From an uncultured candidate division Zixibacteria bacterium (lineage in GTDB: Bacteria; Zixibacteria; MSB-5A5; GN15; FEB-12): 64,000 nucleotides of DNA. The notes under the pieces were generated by a model. It saw only the letters and a program-made list of their open reading frames with translations. It had not been told where the DNA came from and searched no databases. The translations under genes and the position numbers were made by a program. Shown here piece by piece: positions 20,025 through 30,227 of this stretch (positions are counted from its first letter, which is position 1; every line of letters begins with the position of its first letter). Location of the stretch: positions 608,001 to 672,000 of the forward strand of contig OY760907.1 in the NCBI GenBank assembly GCA_963664195.1, read 5' to 3'.

Positions 20025-21617
20025 ATGAAACCACGGATGACAATCGCCCTATTGATCCTGATGATTCCCTCAGCGTTCCTCATGTTCAGTTGCTCTGATG
20101 AAAAGGCGGAGAATCCTACCCCTGTTCTTTCGGCCTCTCAAACTCGTCTGGTTTTCACGTCCCTCGCCGGCAAGAATCCGTATCCGGCCACGCAGAAGGT
20201 GGTAATCTCCAACAGCGGCGTCGGTTCTCTCACGTTCCAGGCTGCAACAACCGCTTCGTGGATCAGAATCCTCCGGGTAAACGACTCGTTGTTCATCCAG
20301 GTCAAGTCAGACGCTTTTGCCACCGGACAGTACTCTGATGTTGTCACCATAACTTCCTCGGAGGCATCAAACTCTCCACTCGAAATAACTGTGGATGTGA
20401 CGGTGACTGAGCGCGTCTCGGCGTTGCCGGATGAGTTGGGATTCGAGGGACTTGCGGGGGGGACCAATCCTGCACCGCAGACATTTGAGGTGCTTTCGCT
20501 CGGCGGAGTTGCGGCAGATTTCGCAATCACCAGCGGCGCAGGTTGGATCGACGTAGGCCCCGCCAGCGGCCAGACACCCGACACAATAACGGTGAACGTC
20601 GACCTGACCGGTCTGCAGGGGGGCATATATTACGACAGCATCGTGATCACTACCGCCGATCTGGAGCAAACGCATCTGTCGGTGCCTTGTTCGCTCGTGG
20701 TGAGTTCGTGGCTGCTTCAGGATGCCGGAGGAGACTTCAGCCTGCGCGGCCTCAGCTATATCGATGCGCAGACGGGCTGGATATCAGGGTATCTTCCGCG
20801 AGCCACAGAACCTTTTGGCGTGGCGTACCGGACTGACAATGCCGGGGCGGACTGGAACAGGTCAGCGGCTCAGCCTCCGGGCGTTTTCGGCGGCGTGGCC
20901 TTCATCGACCAATTCAACGGCTGGATTGTCGGAAACAACGGAGGCGACCCGGATAGCGCAAGAATGATCCAAACAGTTAACGGCGGCGACAACTGGACAT
21001 TCTCTGACTTGTTGCCGGTTGACTCTGGCTACTCTCTGCGACAGATATGTTTTCATGGGACGGACAGCGGCTGGGTGGTGGGCAATGAAGGCGTGATCAT
21101 CAATACGGTGAACTCCGGCGTTTCGTGGAAACCGCAGGTAAGCGGCACGGATTTCGACTTGAATGATATCGCTTTCCTGAACGCCGACGAAGGCTGGGTA
21201 TGCGGCAATCACGGACTTCTCCTCCACACGGCTAATGGCGGGCACGACTGGTCGCAGGTATCCAATGACAGCACGCAGGATCTCAACGGTATAGACTTCG
21301 TCGACAACAGCCACGGATGGGTGGTGGGCAGACAGGGGCTTGTCCTGGCTACCTCCGACGGTGGCACTACCTGGACTGCCCAAACGACCGGAACGGATGC
21401 GCTTCTACTGGATGTCGACTTCGTTAATACGATGCGTGGCTGGGCAGTAGGAAGTGCAGGGACTATTTTGCACACTTCCGACGGCGGAGACACATGGGTC
21501 GCGCAGTTGTCGGAGGTCGAGGCTGGCCTCTTCGGAGTGCAGTTTTTCGACGACAATACCGGAGTAGTCGTCGGCAATGAAGGCGTAGTGCTCAGAACGC
21601 TAAGCGGCGGATTCTGA
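20025..21617 (+). CDS. Lipoprotein with BACON/Ig-like domains and a YCF48-like (BNR repeat) beta-propeller
   Basis: Lipobox FSC; repeated GW.VG..G.IL.T.DGG.TW. Confidence 0.85.
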   Translation: MKPRMTIALLILMIPSAFLMFSCSDEKAENPTPVLSASQTRLVFTSLAGKNPYPATQKVVISNSGVGSLTFQAATTASWIRILRVNDSLFIQVKSDAFATGQYSDVVTITSSEASNSPLEITVDVTVTERVSALPDELGFEGLAGGTNPAPQTFEVLSLGGVAADFAITSGAGWIDVGPASGQTPDTITVNVDLTGLQGGIYYDSIVITTADLEQTHLSVPCSLVVSSWLLQDAGGDFSLRGLSYIDAQTGWISGYLPRATEPFGVAYRTDNAGADWNRSAAQPPGVFGGVAFIDQFNGWIVGNNGGDPDSARMIQTVNGGDNWTFSDLLPVDSGYSLRQICFHGTDSGWVVGNEGVIINTVNSGVSWKPQVSGTDFDLNDIAFLNADEGWVCGNHGLLLHTANGGHDWSQVSNDSTQDLNGIDFVDNSHGWVVGRQGLVLATSDGGTTWTAQTTGTDALLLDVDFVNTMRGWAVGSAGTILHTSDGGDTWVAQLSEVEAGLFGVQFFDDNTGVVVGNEGVVLRTLSGGF

Positions 21618-21637
21618 CAAGAAACTCCAGTCCACGA

Positions 21638-21677
21638 GCGAGAGGGGTCGGTTTATGAGTTGCCGGCCTCTCTCTTT
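21638..21677. terminator. Hairpin between convergent genes
   Basis: GAGAGGGGTCGG...CCGGCCTCTCTC then TTT. Confidence 0.5.
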
Positions 21678-21690
21678 GACACGTCTTGTC

Positions 21691-22515
21691 TCATCGACCA
21701 GCGCTCTCCCTGAAGTCCTTCAGACATTCGTCAAACTCGACTCCGAACACATCCATGAACACCCGATCATGGTTACTATCGTTCATTAGAGCCTTCATAT
21801 AGTCCAAGAACTTCTGCTTGCCTCCGATGTGTATCAGATATTCAACTATACAGGCAAACTCGGAGTAGCAGAAGGCCGCCCGATATTGCCAGTCTATCTC
21901 AACCCGGTCTTCTTTTTCAGTACCGAACCAAAGAGGTGGCATGAAATTGCCCTGCTTGATAAGCTCAAGTGTCTGATCTCTGTCGGGATACCATGAGGTT
22001 CCCCGCTGATTTGCGCTGTATACAGCTATTCCTTCCAGCAACCACTGCGGATAGTCAAGCGCAGTCAGTATCCCCATGTGTTGACACAACAACGCATGCG
22101 ACAACTCGTGTCTCAAGTAGGTATCAAGAGAGATGGTCCCCTGCTCATCCTCTCCGATAGCCCACGGCGACACCATGATACGGCCATTGGGGTAAGTGAA
22201 AAACCTGGCCCTCGTGACGGTACGTTGGAAATAACTCGCGCTGTCACGGAATATGAACAACTCGGGTTTCGCAAGAAAAGTGAATTGGTGAAACTCCTCC
22301 ACGACCGAGGTGAGCGTATCAAACCGGTGGAAATCATCGTAGACAACACCTTCCTGGACGTAGACGGTCATGTTCGGCAGGTCATAATCTGTAAAGCCTA
22401 CGATTACAGGCGAAAACGGAAACAGCTTCCCGAACAGGAACAGATAGGCCAGCAGTCCCACAATCACTATCGAGGGGACTGTAAATGCTACCGTCTTCCT
22501 GTGTCTGCTTCTCAT
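21691..22515 (-). CDS. Membrane-anchored gluzincin/peptidase MA-like protein
   Basis: N-terminal TM helix; HELSH plus PQWLLEGIA. Confidence 0.7.
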   Translation of the reverse strand: MRSRHRKTVAFTVPSIVIVGLLAYLFLFGKLFPFSPVIVGFTDYDLPNMTVYVQEGVVYDDFHRFDTLTSVVEEFHQFTFLAKPELFIFRDSASYFQRTVTRARFFTYPNGRIMVSPWAIGEDEQGTISLDTYLRHELSHALLCQHMGILTALDYPQWLLEGIAVYSANQRGTSWYPDRDQTLELIKQGNFMPPLWFGTEKEDRVEIDWQYRAAFCYSEFACIVEYLIHIGGKQKFLDYMKALMNDSNHDRVFMDVFGVEFDECLKDFRESAGR

Positions 22516-22519
22516 ATGC

Positions 22520-23587
22520 CTACTCCACCCAATCGGCAACGAAGACATTGGTCTCACCGGGCACGCTCCCATTGCGATTGGAAGCGAATACAAGCTTAGC
22601 CCCGTCATGAGAAAACATCGGAAAGCCTTCAAACTCCGCACCGTACGTGATTTGCTCTATTTCTTTCGATTTGATATCCACCATAAACAGGTCGAAATTG
22701 CGCTTATTCGGATCGTGCATATTGGAGGCAAAAATAACCCGCTTACCGTCGGGATGGAAGTACGGACCGAAATTCGCCGCACTGTTGTCGGTGAGTTGGA
22801 TGGCGCGGCCCTCCTCGAGATTCATCACGTAGATTTCCAGTCTGCTGGGTCGAATGAGGCCTTCCGCAAGTAGACCGAGGTAATCTGCCAGTTCTTTGCC
22901 GCCCGGTCGTGAGGCCCGCCAACATATCCACTCGCCGTCGAGTGAGAAAAACGCACCGCCGTCGTACCCGATCTCGTTAGTGATGCGCTTGACGTTGGAA
23001 CCGTCGGGATTCATCAGATATAGATCAAGGTCACCGTCGCGTACAGACGTGAAGATGATCCTGTCCCCTTTTGGCGAGTAGACCGCCTCAGCATCATAGC
23101 CGGGCGTTTCGGTGAGCCGGACGAGATTGGAACCATCGGGATCGGCGCTGAAGATGTCGTAACTGTCGTATAACGCCCAGGTGTAACCGTGCGACATATC
23201 AGGCTTGGGCGGACAGAGGGTGTCGGCCAGATAAGTGGAAGCGTAGACGATTGATTTGTTGTCCGGCGCGATGAACGAGCAGGTCGTGGAGCCTCTGCCG
23301 GAGGATACCATGCGCACGTTGGAGCCGTCGGCATTCATGCGGAAGATGGCATCACATTCGAGATTGTCGCGTGTGGATTGGAAGATTAACTCCGTGGCAT
23401 CATACGAGAAGTACGCCTCGGCATTCTGGCCGCCGAAAGTGAGTTGACGGATGTTAGCGAGGTGCTTCTCACCCTCAAGCTTGAGCGTACCCGCGGGATC
23501 GGTTGCAACCTTATCAACGGTCTCGTCTTTCTGTCCGCATCCAGCGAGAGCGAAAAGAACAAGTAGAATGGCCGGAATCCTGTACAT
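22520..23587 (-). CDS. TolB-like (PD40) beta-propeller lipoprotein
   Basis: Lipobox LAGC; repeats FS.DG..I.F.S.RDG. Confidence 0.85.
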   Translation of the reverse strand: MYRIPAILLVLFALAGCGQKDETVDKVATDPAGTLKLEGEKHLANIRQLTFGGQNAEAYFSYDATELIFQSTRDNLECDAIFRMNADGSNVRMVSSGRGSTTCSFIAPDNKSIVYASTYLADTLCPPKPDMSHGYTWALYDSYDIFSADPDGSNLVRLTETPGYDAEAVYSPKGDRIIFTSVRDGDLDLYLMNPDGSNVKRITNEIGYDGGAFFSLDGEWICWRASRPGGKELADYLGLLAEGLIRPSRLEIYVMNLEEGRAIQLTDNSAANFGPYFHPDGKRVIFASNMHDPNKRNFDLFMVDIKSKEIEQITYGAEFEGFPMFSHDGAKLVFASNRNGSVPGETNVFVADWVE

Positions 23588-23659
23588 GGCTTCTCCGATT
23601 ATCGAGTCCGGTTTTTTTACGTTTTCAGTTCAGGCAACGCCTGATATCTTAATGAAAGG

Positions 23660-23685
23660 TAACGTCGGCTCATGGGAAAGGTTCA
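23660..23685 (-). promoter_or_regulatory. ECF sigma-type promoter
   Basis: TGAAC-N16-CGTTA on the minus strand. Confidence 0.5.
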
Positions 23686-23688
23686 AAT

Positions 23689-25854
23689 GTGAAGTTGCTC
23701 ATCCTGATTCTGATCGTCACTGTCTCCATAGCTCTGCCCAGTCGGGCTCAAACCGCTGATACGTCTGACATTCTCGGTCGTGTGCTCGGCGAGGTAGGGT
23801 TTGACCGGTCTGGTCTCGGATACCAACCGAAGGGGTACTGGAACCGGTTCCCGCTGGATATCCCTTATAAGTTGAGATCATTCGACGATCTGTTCGCCGA
23901 ACCGCTCAAGCTGTACGACTACGCGACGGTAATGGGCAACGCGGCCGAGATATATCTTGATCCATCGTTTGCCGACAGCTCAGACATCGGTCTTTACAAA
24001 CTTGTGTACCATCTGGGAGTGGACAAGAAGCTTGGCGGGTTCCGTGACTACTCAGCTAACCTTGCCGATGTGCCCAAAGGCGACTCGCCTCTGGCGACAG
24101 CACTGAAGCAGTTGTATGATATGGCCAACCGGGAGACAGAGTACAAAACGTTTGGTTCGCGGTACGGAACGTTTGATCTCGGCAACGAGTTGGCGGAGAA
24201 GATTGCGCCGCTTCCGGATACGGTAGAAACGATCATCGCGGGTTTGATTGTAAATCTGGCGGATGCTATCCGCTGGCACGCGCTCGCGTTCCGCAACTGT
24301 GATCGCAACGATCTGGAGCGGGCGTTCGCTATCAGGGATATGGCACAGACTCAGGGTGACGGTCAGGTGTACTACCCGGAGCTGGATGACATCGCAGCCT
24401 CGATTGATCTTCCCTCGCTGCATTATGCCGCACTCAAGGTCGCGGCTGCGGCCGAAAGAGCCGAGCAAGCGCTGGTGCCGCTTGAGGATCAGATTCCTCC
24501 CGGCTATGAGTTGGAATTGCGGACGCCGTTCGGACGTATCGCGGTCTTCTCCCCTGACTACGACGGCGGCAAGCGGTTCACCTACGATTGCACCAACACG
24601 CTTTGTGTGATTGATTTCGGCCGCAACGCACATTGGACCGGCACCCCCGGAGCAACTTCGTCTGTGGCTAATCCGGTGTCGGTGCTGATTGATCTTGGCG
24701 GTCACGACGTCTATGGAATAGAGGCACAGACTGAAAATCCGTGCGCTGGAGTCGGCCTAATGGGAATCGGAGCGGTTATCGACACCAAGGGTGACGACCT
24801 GTATCAGGGCACGGTGTATGCGCAGGGCGCAGGTTTGTTTGGCGTCGGGGTCTTGCTTGATCGAGCCGGTGACGACAACTATATCGCTTCGGAGTCTGCG
24901 CAGGGCTGCGGATATTTTGGCATCGGTTTGTGTTTCGACGGAACGGGCGATGACACGTATTATCTCCACGGCGACGGTCAGGGAATGGGCGGTGTCGGAG
25001 GAGGGGTTGGTGTGCTGGCCTCGTTTGACGGCAACGATGAATACACAGCCGAACCTGACGCAAACGTCTTCAACCGTAGCGACTACCACAGCGAACACGC
25101 CATCAACGCCAACAACGCGCAAGGGGGCGGGTTCGGAAGACGCGGCGATGGCTCCGACGGTCATGCCTGGGCGGGTGGTTTGGGGGCGCTGCTGGACATT
25201 CACGGCAACGACGAGTACTACTCGGGGAATTTCTCGTTGGGAGTTGGCTATTGGTTTGCAACAGGCATCCTGCTGGACAAATACGGCGACGATCACTACA
25301 AATCTTGCTATTTCACTCAGGCCTCCGGTGCGCATTTCTGTAACGGGGCGCTAATCGACGAAGACGGCGACGATTTCCATGAGTTGTACGAAACTGCCGG
25401 GGCGGGACTTGGATTCGGTTGGGATTTTGCCAATTCGCTGCTCATTAATAAGAACGGCAATGACCGCTATACGGCGAAAATGATCTCGTACGGCCTGGCT
25501 CAGATACGGTCCAACGCGTTCTTGATTGACATTGGCGGCGATGACGAGTATCGATTCAGAGAGGGCGCGCACGGAATCGGTGCCGCGACCTGGCGGGCGG
25601 ACTTTGCGAAACCGTCGAAACTGACGCCGTACTACACGTATGCAAAATCTTTCGGCGGCTTCATTGATATTGGCGGCAAAGACAGGTACGTGTCATTCAC
25701 CGATGATGGCGAGTCACCGCACGTGACCGCAACAAACGACACACTCTGGTTTCAACCGATGAAGACCGATTCTACCTTCGGTGCGGACAATTTCGGTGTA
25801 GGTATAGATATTGAGAGCGGAACGATTCCGGAGTTCTTCCGCTGGGCGGAGTAA
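23689..25854 (+). CDS. Secreted hypothetical protein with about 11 Gly/Asp-rich repeats (DxxGxDxY)
   Basis: Signal peptide; repeated hhhDxxGDDxY units. Confidence 0.8.
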   Translation: MKLLILILIVTVSIALPSRAQTADTSDILGRVLGEVGFDRSGLGYQPKGYWNRFPLDIPYKLRSFDDLFAEPLKLYDYATVMGNAAEIYLDPSFADSSDIGLYKLVYHLGVDKKLGGFRDYSANLADVPKGDSPLATALKQLYDMANRETEYKTFGSRYGTFDLGNELAEKIAPLPDTVETIIAGLIVNLADAIRWHALAFRNCDRNDLERAFAIRDMAQTQGDGQVYYPELDDIAASIDLPSLHYAALKVAAAAERAEQALVPLEDQIPPGYELELRTPFGRIAVFSPDYDGGKRFTYDCTNTLCVIDFGRNAHWTGTPGATSSVANPVSVLIDLGGHDVYGIEAQTENPCAGVGLMGIGAVIDTKGDDLYQGTVYAQGAGLFGVGVLLDRAGDDNYIASESAQGCGYFGIGLCFDGTGDDTYYLHGDGQGMGGVGGGVGVLASFDGNDEYTAEPDANVFNRSDYHSEHAINANNAQGGGFGRRGDGSDGHAWAGGLGALLDIHGNDEYYSGNFSLGVGYWFATGILLDKYGDDHYKSCYFTQASGAHFCNGALIDEDGDDFHELYETAGAGLGFGWDFANSLLINKNGNDRYTAKMISYGLAQIRSNAFLIDIGGDDEYRFREGAHGIGAATWRADFAKPSKLTPYYTYAKSFGGFIDIGGKDRYVSFTDDGESPHVTATNDTLWFQPMKTDSTFGADNFGVGIDIESGTIPEFFRWAE

Positions 25855-25987
25855 GCGTTATGCCAAAGGACCGTCACGTGATATCCGCTCTGCGATAAGT
25901 ACCCCCTCTGCATGCTACATCTCCCTCGGCGCGGATGCCACACTCCAGCAACCTCTATTCGCGCGCAACCCTAAACCCGCGAGCGGT

Positions 25988-28900
25988 CTATATCTTCCCC
26001 AACACTCCGCGCAAATAGGCCATGCGGTCGTCTTGTTTGATTGCGCCAAGATCAAGATCAATCCTCGGTCTACCAATCAGTGAAAACTCCATGGGCTGAT
26101 CGGTCGCTTTGCGGAAAGCTTCGACCTCGCTACGGGTCAGTTTGCGCTCCTCGACAAAGAACATATTCACCCGTCCCTTGCGCACCTTCACTTTTTCTAT
26201 CTCCAACATAGCCGCGGAGATTTTCACTGCTGTCGCCTCAAACAGATTCGTCGCCGATACCGGCGGTCTTCCGAAACGGTCGATCACTTCTTCGCGAATC
26301 CCCTCTACCTCATCGAGATTGCGGCAATTCGCCAGACGTTTGTAGATATCCACCTTATGCTGCTTGTCGTTGACGTAGCTATCCGGCAGATGAAGTTCAA
26401 CATCGCCCTCGAGTTTCGTCTCAGGCAGCGCGAGAATCTCCTGTCCCTTGAGCTCGGCGACCGCCTCTTCGAGCAATCGGTTGTACATTTCAAAACCGAT
26501 CTCCTCGATATACCCTGACTGCCGCGATCCGAGAATCGTCCCGGCGCCGCGAATCTCCAGATCACGCATGGCTAGGGCAAAACCGCTTCCAAGATCGGAA
26601 TGCGCTTCGAGTGCCCTGAGACGCTTGACTGCATCGGCGCTCATCAGACGCGTCGGCGGCGTCATCAGGTAGGCATACGCACGCCGCGATGACCGCCCCA
26701 CGCGACCGCGAATCTGGTACAACTGGGCGAGACCAAAACGATCGGCACGATTAATGACAATCGTATTCGCGTTAGGGATATCAAGGCCGGACTCGATAAT
26801 CGACGTACACAGCAGAACGTTGAACCGCCCCGTCATGTAGCCGAGCATGATCCCCTCGAGCGATTTCTCGTGCATCTGCCCGTGGGCAATCCCGATCTGC
26901 GCCTGTGGAACGTGCTTCTTGAGATAACGGTACATGGCGTCGATCGTCTGCACCCGATTGTGCACGAAAAAGACCTGACCGCCGCGGTCGATCTCGCGAA
27001 GGACTGTCGTGGCGATCACGGCCGGATCGAACTCCACAATCTCTGTGATAATCGGCAGACGGTCTTTCGGCGAGGTGGTGATGACGCTCATGTCCCGTAC
27101 TCCGAGTAGAGACATTTGCAGAGTGCGTGGAATCGGCGTGGCGGTCATTGCCAGCGTGTCGACCGAGGCCTTGATCTTACGCAACTTCTCTTTGTGGCGA
27201 ACACCAAACCGGTGTTCCTCGTCGATCACGAGCAATCCCAGGTCCTTGAAAACGACGTCTTTGGACAAGAGGCGATGAGTGCCGATCACCAGATCGACCT
27301 TGCCCGCTTCCAGTTTCTGGATTGATTCAAACTGCTCGGTTCTCGTGCGGAAACGTGAGAGCAGCGCGATGTTGACCGGGAAGTCACGCAGCCGATCCTT
27401 GAAGGTCTCGTAATGCTGCTGCGCCAGAATCGTTGTCGGCACAAGAACGGCAACCTGCTTGCCGCCATCGATAGCTTTGAATGCAGCCCGGACCGCAACC
27501 TCGGTCTTGCCGAAACCGACATCGCCACAGACAAGACGATCCATCGGTTTTGATTCGGCCATGTCTTTCTTGACATCCTGAATCGCTTTGAGCTGATCCG
27601 GAGTTTCCTCAAACGGGAACGAGGCTTCAAGCTGCCTCACCCAGGTAGTGTCTTCACCAAAGGCGTACCCGGCCTCCGACTGGCGTTTTGCGTAGAGTTT
27701 CGTAAGCTCTTCGGCCATGTCGGTGATGGCCTTTTTGGTTTTTTTCTTGAGCTTCTCCCAGCCCGGTCCGCCGAGCTGAGTGAGTTGCGGATCGCCGTCT
27801 TTGCCGGAGTATTTCGACACCCGGTTGAATTCTTCAATCGGCACGAACAGCTTGTCGTTGTTGGCGTACAGCAGGTACAGGCAATCACGATTACGCTCGT
27901 CAACGGTGAGCGTTTCCAGCCCGAGATACTTGGCGATGCCATATTCGGTGTGCACCACAAAGTCCCCGCTGATGAGGCTGGTGTAGTCCGATATCGCAAC
28001 GCCTTCTTTAAACTTTTTCCTGCGAACGCGGCGGTGGTGGCGACTGAATATCTCGTGGTCAGTAAGAATCGCCAGACCGGCATCCTGGCAGACGAATCCA
28101 CCCGTGAGGTTGGCGACTTCAAGTTTCGGGTGGCGTCTGAGGTTGGATTTTTCAGCAATCAGCTCGCCGAGTCGGTCGGCTTGTCCGGCGTTGTCGGTGG
28201 CGATGAAATACGATATGCCCGTGTTGTCGAAATCTCGTATTTGATCAGCTAAGAGATCGAGCCGCGAGGCAAACGACGGGTGCTGGCCACAGCCAAAAGA
28301 AATGATCCCCTTGCGGCCGCCACGGAACGGCACGCGGTCGATACACGTGTGCGCCGCCAATCGATCAAACAGCTTGTCGCCGGACGAATAGTACTCGTCC
28401 GGGGCGGGAAGACTAGACAATCGACTCTTGAGTCTATCGCGGAGATTGGCAGCCTCGTCGAGAATGGCCTCGCTTTCGGCTCTGATCGAGCCGGACCCTT
28501 TGAGATATACCAGGCTTTCGTCTGAGAAGTAGTCCAGGAGCGAACCGCGATCCATCCCAAAAACGACCGACAGCCATTCCAGACCCGGAAGTTCCGGATC
28601 GTTCAGGTAGCGGGTCCGGATGTAGTCAGCGTCTTCCTCGGGAATGAACTTCAGGTACTCTTCGAGCGTGTCCTGCGTGATGGGGATTTCGCGACGAGGC
28701 AGCACCTGCACGTGATCCTGCCTTCCGATGGTCCGCTGGTTGGAGACATCGAACTGGCGGATAGTGTCTACCTCGCTGCCGAAAAACTCGACACGAACGG
28801 GGGCGTCGGAACCAGGCGTAAAGAAATCGATCAACCCTCCACGCTGGGCGAAATCGCCGACTTCTTCAACCAGCGGCACACGACGGAATCCCAATCGGAC

Positions 28901-29425
28901 CAACCGGTCAACAAGTTCCTCCGGCTCAATCTCGCTACCTGTTCGAATGTCAACAAAGCTCATTTCCAGTTGCTCAACCGAGATGGTCGGTTCCATCAGG
29001 GCGCGAATCGGACAAATCACGGCCTTAAGTGAGTGGTCGAGCAGTCCGGCCAGTGATGACAATCGCTTGCCCATAACCTCGCCGACGGGAGCGCGAAAGT
29101 CGTACGGCAGTATCTGGCGACCCGGAAAATGTCCGACTCGGTGATCGCCGAGGAGGAAGCGAAGATCATCGTACAGATCGTTGGCTTCCTCTGGCCGTTC
29201 GGTAACAATCAGCAGGGGCTGTTCGCGACTGTCGGCCAGCGCCTTGAGCGTGAAGCTTTCGGAGGAACCGACCAGACCGGTGATCGTAACCGGATCGGCC
29301 GGTCGTGACTGTATCGCTGCCCGAAGGTCCATAAACGGGCCATAGGTCCTCCAGATTTCGTCGGCACGGGACAACCGTCCGGGAAGATTCTGGCGATGCG
29401 TGCGGGTTTTGTCTGCGGCGCTCAC
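25988..29425 (-). CDS. mfd: Transcription-repair coupling factor
   Basis: CGDVGFGKTEVA, DEEHRFG, QIRGRVGRS and TRG motif; GTG start chosen from AAAGGA RBS (uncertain). Confidence 0.95.
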   Translation of the reverse strand: MSAADKTRTHRQNLPGRLSRADEIWRTYGPFMDLRAAIQSRPADPVTITGLVGSSESFTLKALADSREQPLLIVTERPEEANDLYDDLRFLLGDHRVGHFPGRQILPYDFRAPVGEVMGKRLSSLAGLLDHSLKAVICPIRALMEPTISVEQLEMSFVDIRTGSEIEPEELVDRLVRLGFRRVPLVEEVGDFAQRGGLIDFFTPGSDAPVRVEFFGSEVDTIRQFDVSNQRTIGRQDHVQVLPRREIPITQDTLEEYLKFIPEEDADYIRTRYLNDPELPGLEWLSVVFGMDRGSLLDYFSDESLVYLKGSGSIRAESEAILDEAANLRDRLKSRLSSLPAPDEYYSSGDKLFDRLAAHTCIDRVPFRGGRKGIISFGCGQHPSFASRLDLLADQIRDFDNTGISYFIATDNAGQADRLGELIAEKSNLRRHPKLEVANLTGGFVCQDAGLAILTDHEIFSRHHRRVRRKKFKEGVAISDYTSLISGDFVVHTEYGIAKYLGLETLTVDERNRDCLYLLYANNDKLFVPIEEFNRVSKYSGKDGDPQLTQLGGPGWEKLKKKTKKAITDMAEELTKLYAKRQSEAGYAFGEDTTWVRQLEASFPFEETPDQLKAIQDVKKDMAESKPMDRLVCGDVGFGKTEVAVRAAFKAIDGGKQVAVLVPTTILAQQHYETFKDRLRDFPVNIALLSRFRTRTEQFESIQKLEAGKVDLVIGTHRLLSKDVVFKDLGLLVIDEEHRFGVRHKEKLRKIKASVDTLAMTATPIPRTLQMSLLGVRDMSVITTSPKDRLPIITEIVEFDPAVIATTVLREIDRGGQVFFVHNRVQTIDAMYRYLKKHVPQAQIGIAHGQMHEKSLEGIMLGYMTGRFNVLLCTSIIESGLDIPNANTIVINRADRFGLAQLYQIRGRVGRSSRRAYAYLMTPPTRLMSADAVKRLRALEAHSDLGSGFALAMRDLEIRGAGTILGSRQSGYIEEIGFEMYNRLLEEAVAELKGQEILALPETKLEGDVELHLPDSYVNDKQHKVDIYKRLANCRNLDEVEGIREEVIDRFGRPPVSATNLFEATAVKISAAMLEIEKVKVRKGRVNMFFVEERKLTRSEVEAFRKATDQPMEFSLIGRPRIDLDLGAIKQDDRMAYLRGVLGKI

Positions 29426-29469
29426 GGCTAGTCCTTTCATCGGCGACTTACGGGCGCGGTCTGCCCCGG

Positions 29470-29505
29470 AAAACACAAAAGCCCCGGATCATTCCTGACC
29501 GGGGT
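29470..29505 (-). terminator. Terminator-like hairpin in the predicted mfd leader
   Basis: ACCCCGGTCA-GGAA-TGATCCGGGGC then TTTTGTGTTTT on the minus strand. Confidence 0.45.
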
Positions 29506-29529
29506 ATTGTCTGTCTTTTCAGTTGGGGG

Positions 29530-29558
29530 AATATACGTCAGGCCGAGCGAAAACTCAA
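29530..29558 (-). promoter_or_regulatory. Sigma70 promoter for mfd
   Basis: TTGAGT-17bp-TATATT. Confidence 0.5.
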
Positions 29559-29572
29559 TATCTTCCTAATAC

Positions 29573-29599
29573 TGTAACCTCAGACGCTCTTCATCGTAT
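29573..29599 (+). promoter_or_regulatory. ECF sigma-type promoter
   Basis: TGTAAC-N16-CGTAT. Confidence 0.45.
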
Positions 29600-29634
29600 A
29601 AGCCGTCAGTAGCCGCCACTCAGGAAAGGAGATT

Positions 29635-30141
29635 ATGCCGACCTCGCGCAATAATCAACCGGAACAGTCGTGCCCGAAAGCAAGCTCGGCGGATGTCGAT
29701 TCTATCGAATCAATTGTAGCTACTATTTATGATGTCATTTCGTTTGAGCCCGGCTCAGCGCCCGATTGGCCGCGTCTGCGGACGTTGTTCGTCGAAGGGG
29801 CGCGACTGATTCCCCCCAGACCGGCGGACGGGCGCAACCTTCCAGTTCTCGAGGTGGACGAATTCGTTGCCGGCTCGTCTGCAACTTTTTCAAGGGACGA
29901 GTTCGTCAATCACGGTTTCCACGAGAGGGAGATCAGCGCCAGGATTGAGCGCTTTGGAAACATCGCCCATGCCTTCAGCACCTACGAATCCACCTATGCC
30001 GACTGCAAAGTTCCGTTTGACCGTGGGATCAACAGCATCCAGCTGTGGTTCGACGGCAAGCGCTGGTGGGTAGTGAGTATCTTCTGGGATCGGGAGAGCG
30101 CGGGGTATGATTTGCCCGCGAAGTACCTCCCGGTTATATAG
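29635..30141 (+). CDS. Hypothetical NTF2/SnoaL-like protein
   Basis: GFHEREI..FGNIAH.FSTYE..RGINSIQL..RWW.VSIFWD pattern; AGGAG RBS. Confidence 0.7.
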   Translation: MPTSRNNQPEQSCPKASSADVDSIESIVATIYDVISFEPGSAPDWPRLRTLFVEGARLIPPRPADGRNLPVLEVDEFVAGSSATFSRDEFVNHGFHEREISARIERFGNIAHAFSTYESTYADCKVPFDRGINSIQLWFDGKRWWVVSIFWDRESAGYDLPAKYLPVI

Positions 30142-30227
30142 TCCAACTGCCAGAACAAGACAACGGTGTGAATAGCTGTGTCCGGGCGTGCTGAAGGAAG
30201 CGACATATAGCGGAGAAGCTGAGGAAC

